A stretch of DNA of 64,000 bases from a virus: positions 1 to 64,000 of IMG/VR virus record IMGVR_UViG_3300035703_000061; one strand, 5' to 3'. Shown here piece by piece: positions 62,892 through 64,000 of this stretch (position 1 is the first letter of the stretch; each line of letters starts with the position of its first letter). The notes below the pieces were generated by a model that searched no databases, had not been told where the DNA came from, and was given only the letters and a program-made list of their open reading frames with translations. Position numbers and translations under genes: made by a program.

Positions 62892-64000
62892 ATGGGACAA
62901 GTAGTTAGAGGCGGCGAACAGTTTGAAACTGCAATTGCTGCCGATTATCGTGGTCAAATTATTCGTCGTGGTATTGACAGCGGGGAAGTAGATGCTTTTG
63001 CACGTAAGCGCGTAAGCCAGCCATATACGCTATTTGATTCCGTACTTCGTTACGACAAACGTAGTGATGTGTGGAACGAAACCATTACTGGCTCCGCATC
63101 GTCTGTTCATGATGCGAATCAAAGCTCTATCAATATGACTGTCACCACCGCTTCTGGTGACGGCGTAATGAGGCGCACTCGGCGAAGGTTTCCTTATCAG
63201 CCAGGAAAGTCTTTGCTTTCCATTCAAAGCTTTGCTGGGTCAGTGCCGGCGAGTGGTGTCATTCAGGAAGTGGGGCTATTTGATGATAACAATGGCATCA
63301 TTCTTCGCGCTAGTGGCACAACTATTCAGTTTGTTGTAAGAGGAAAATATTCTGGCGTTGTCACTGAAAACGTTGTCAATCAAGATCAATGGAATATTGA
63401 CACTGCTTCATGGCTTGATTTTTCAAAGGCCAACATTTTTACCACTGATCTTGAATGGTTAGGGGCAGGACGGGCACGTTGTGGTTTTATTCTCGATGGA
63501 GAGTACTATTATTGCCACGAATTTCTCCACGCAAATAATATCAGTAGCGTCTATATGACAGCAGCAGTATTGCCACAAACCTATCGCATTGCAAAATATG
63601 CAACAAGCGTTAGTGGCGCAACAATGAAACAAATTTGCTCTACTGTTGCAAGCGAAGGTGGTTATCAACCCTATGGTGAAGTGCATACAATCTCTCCTGC
63701 TCTTGGCGCAATCCCTAATGCTGCTGGAGAGCGCATTGTTGCCGGAATTCGCATGGCAAGTGGTCGCACTGATAATGTGATCATTCCAGTGAAAGTTGAC
63801 TTGGTAACGGAGGATAATACTACGATTGAATGGAAACTTCGTCGCAATCCAACCACTTCTGGCGTCACCTGGGCTGCTAGTGCCAATGGCAGAGGAAATG
63901 TTGAAACTACTTCCGCTGGTAGCATTGTTTCTGGCGGCACCACTGTCAACGCTGGTCTTTATTACAGTGCTGGCTCAGTAGAAATTGACGTGCAAGATGG
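62892..64000 (+). CDS. virion structural protein, truncated by the window end (not in ORF track)
   Basis: Translated by hand: MGQVVRGGEQF...DAFARKRVSQPYTLFDS...FPYQPGKS; I saw no stop before 64000. Confidence 0.8.
   Translation, partial: MGQVVRGGEQFETAIAADYRGQIIRRGIDSGEVDAFARKRVSQPYTLFDSVLRYDKRSDVWNETITGSASSVHDANQSSINMTVTTASGDGVMRRTRRRFPYQPGKSLLSIQSFAGSVPASGVIQEVGLFDDNNGIILRASGTTIQFVVRGKYSGVVTENVVNQDQWNIDTASWLDFSKANIFTTDLEWLGAGRARCGFILDGEYYYCHEFLHANNISSVYMTAAVLPQTYRIAKYATSVSGATMKQICSTVASEGGYQPYGEVHTISPALGAIPNAAGERIVAGIRMASGRTDNVIIPVKVDLVTEDNTTIEWKLRRNPTTSGVTWAASANGRGNVETTSAGSIVSGGTTVNAGLYYSAGSVEIDVQD

Noticed and set aside
24089-64000. Numerous antisense and alternate-frame ORFs inside structural genes
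   Set aside because: Shadow ORFs of long, motif-supported genes.
1-64000. Alternative genetic code or Z-base (purZ) genome
   Set aside because: Core genes are intact under the standard code with all three stops used, and no purZ-like gene is in this window.

Overview
A ~64 kb segment of a tailed dsDNA phage with a non-contractile (sipho-type) tail, most likely infecting picocyanobacteria (Synechococcus/Cyanobium-like). The host call is an inference from the compact class I RNR, a CP12-type C-terminus, cyanophage-style small-gene families and -10-only promoters. Layout: (1) 1-13.1 kb, a Toprim primase-RepA-type helicase, a probable terminase small subunit, an RlpA-like transglycosylase and many small early genes in repeated promoter/hairpin cassettes. 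(2) 13.1-16.7 kb, a repeat- and palindrome-rich non-coding region around a Gp88-like gene and an HNH gene (origin or genome-end candidate). (3) 16.7-24 kb, RNR alpha/beta, a metallophosphoesterase, structured RNA loci, tRNA-Leu(TAA), a CP12-like gene and the terminase large subunit. (4) 24-37.5 kb, a head module (portal, DUF2213-type protease/scaffold, decoration protein, DUF2184-type capsid) interrupted by a 7-gene sugar-modification/glycosyltransferase cluster. (5) 37.5-64 kb, tail tube, frameshifted chaperones, tape measure, tail tip and fibres. No DNA polymerase, integrase or CRISPR array is visible. The most unusual signals are three promoter-driven, highly structured non-coding RNA loci, a five-copy covarying GNA/GNA hairpin element, a second programmed -1 frameshift inside the head module, the glycosylation island, and a circularly permuted M23-like domain in the tape measure protein. 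All family assignments are by-eye motif recognition; no database searches were run.
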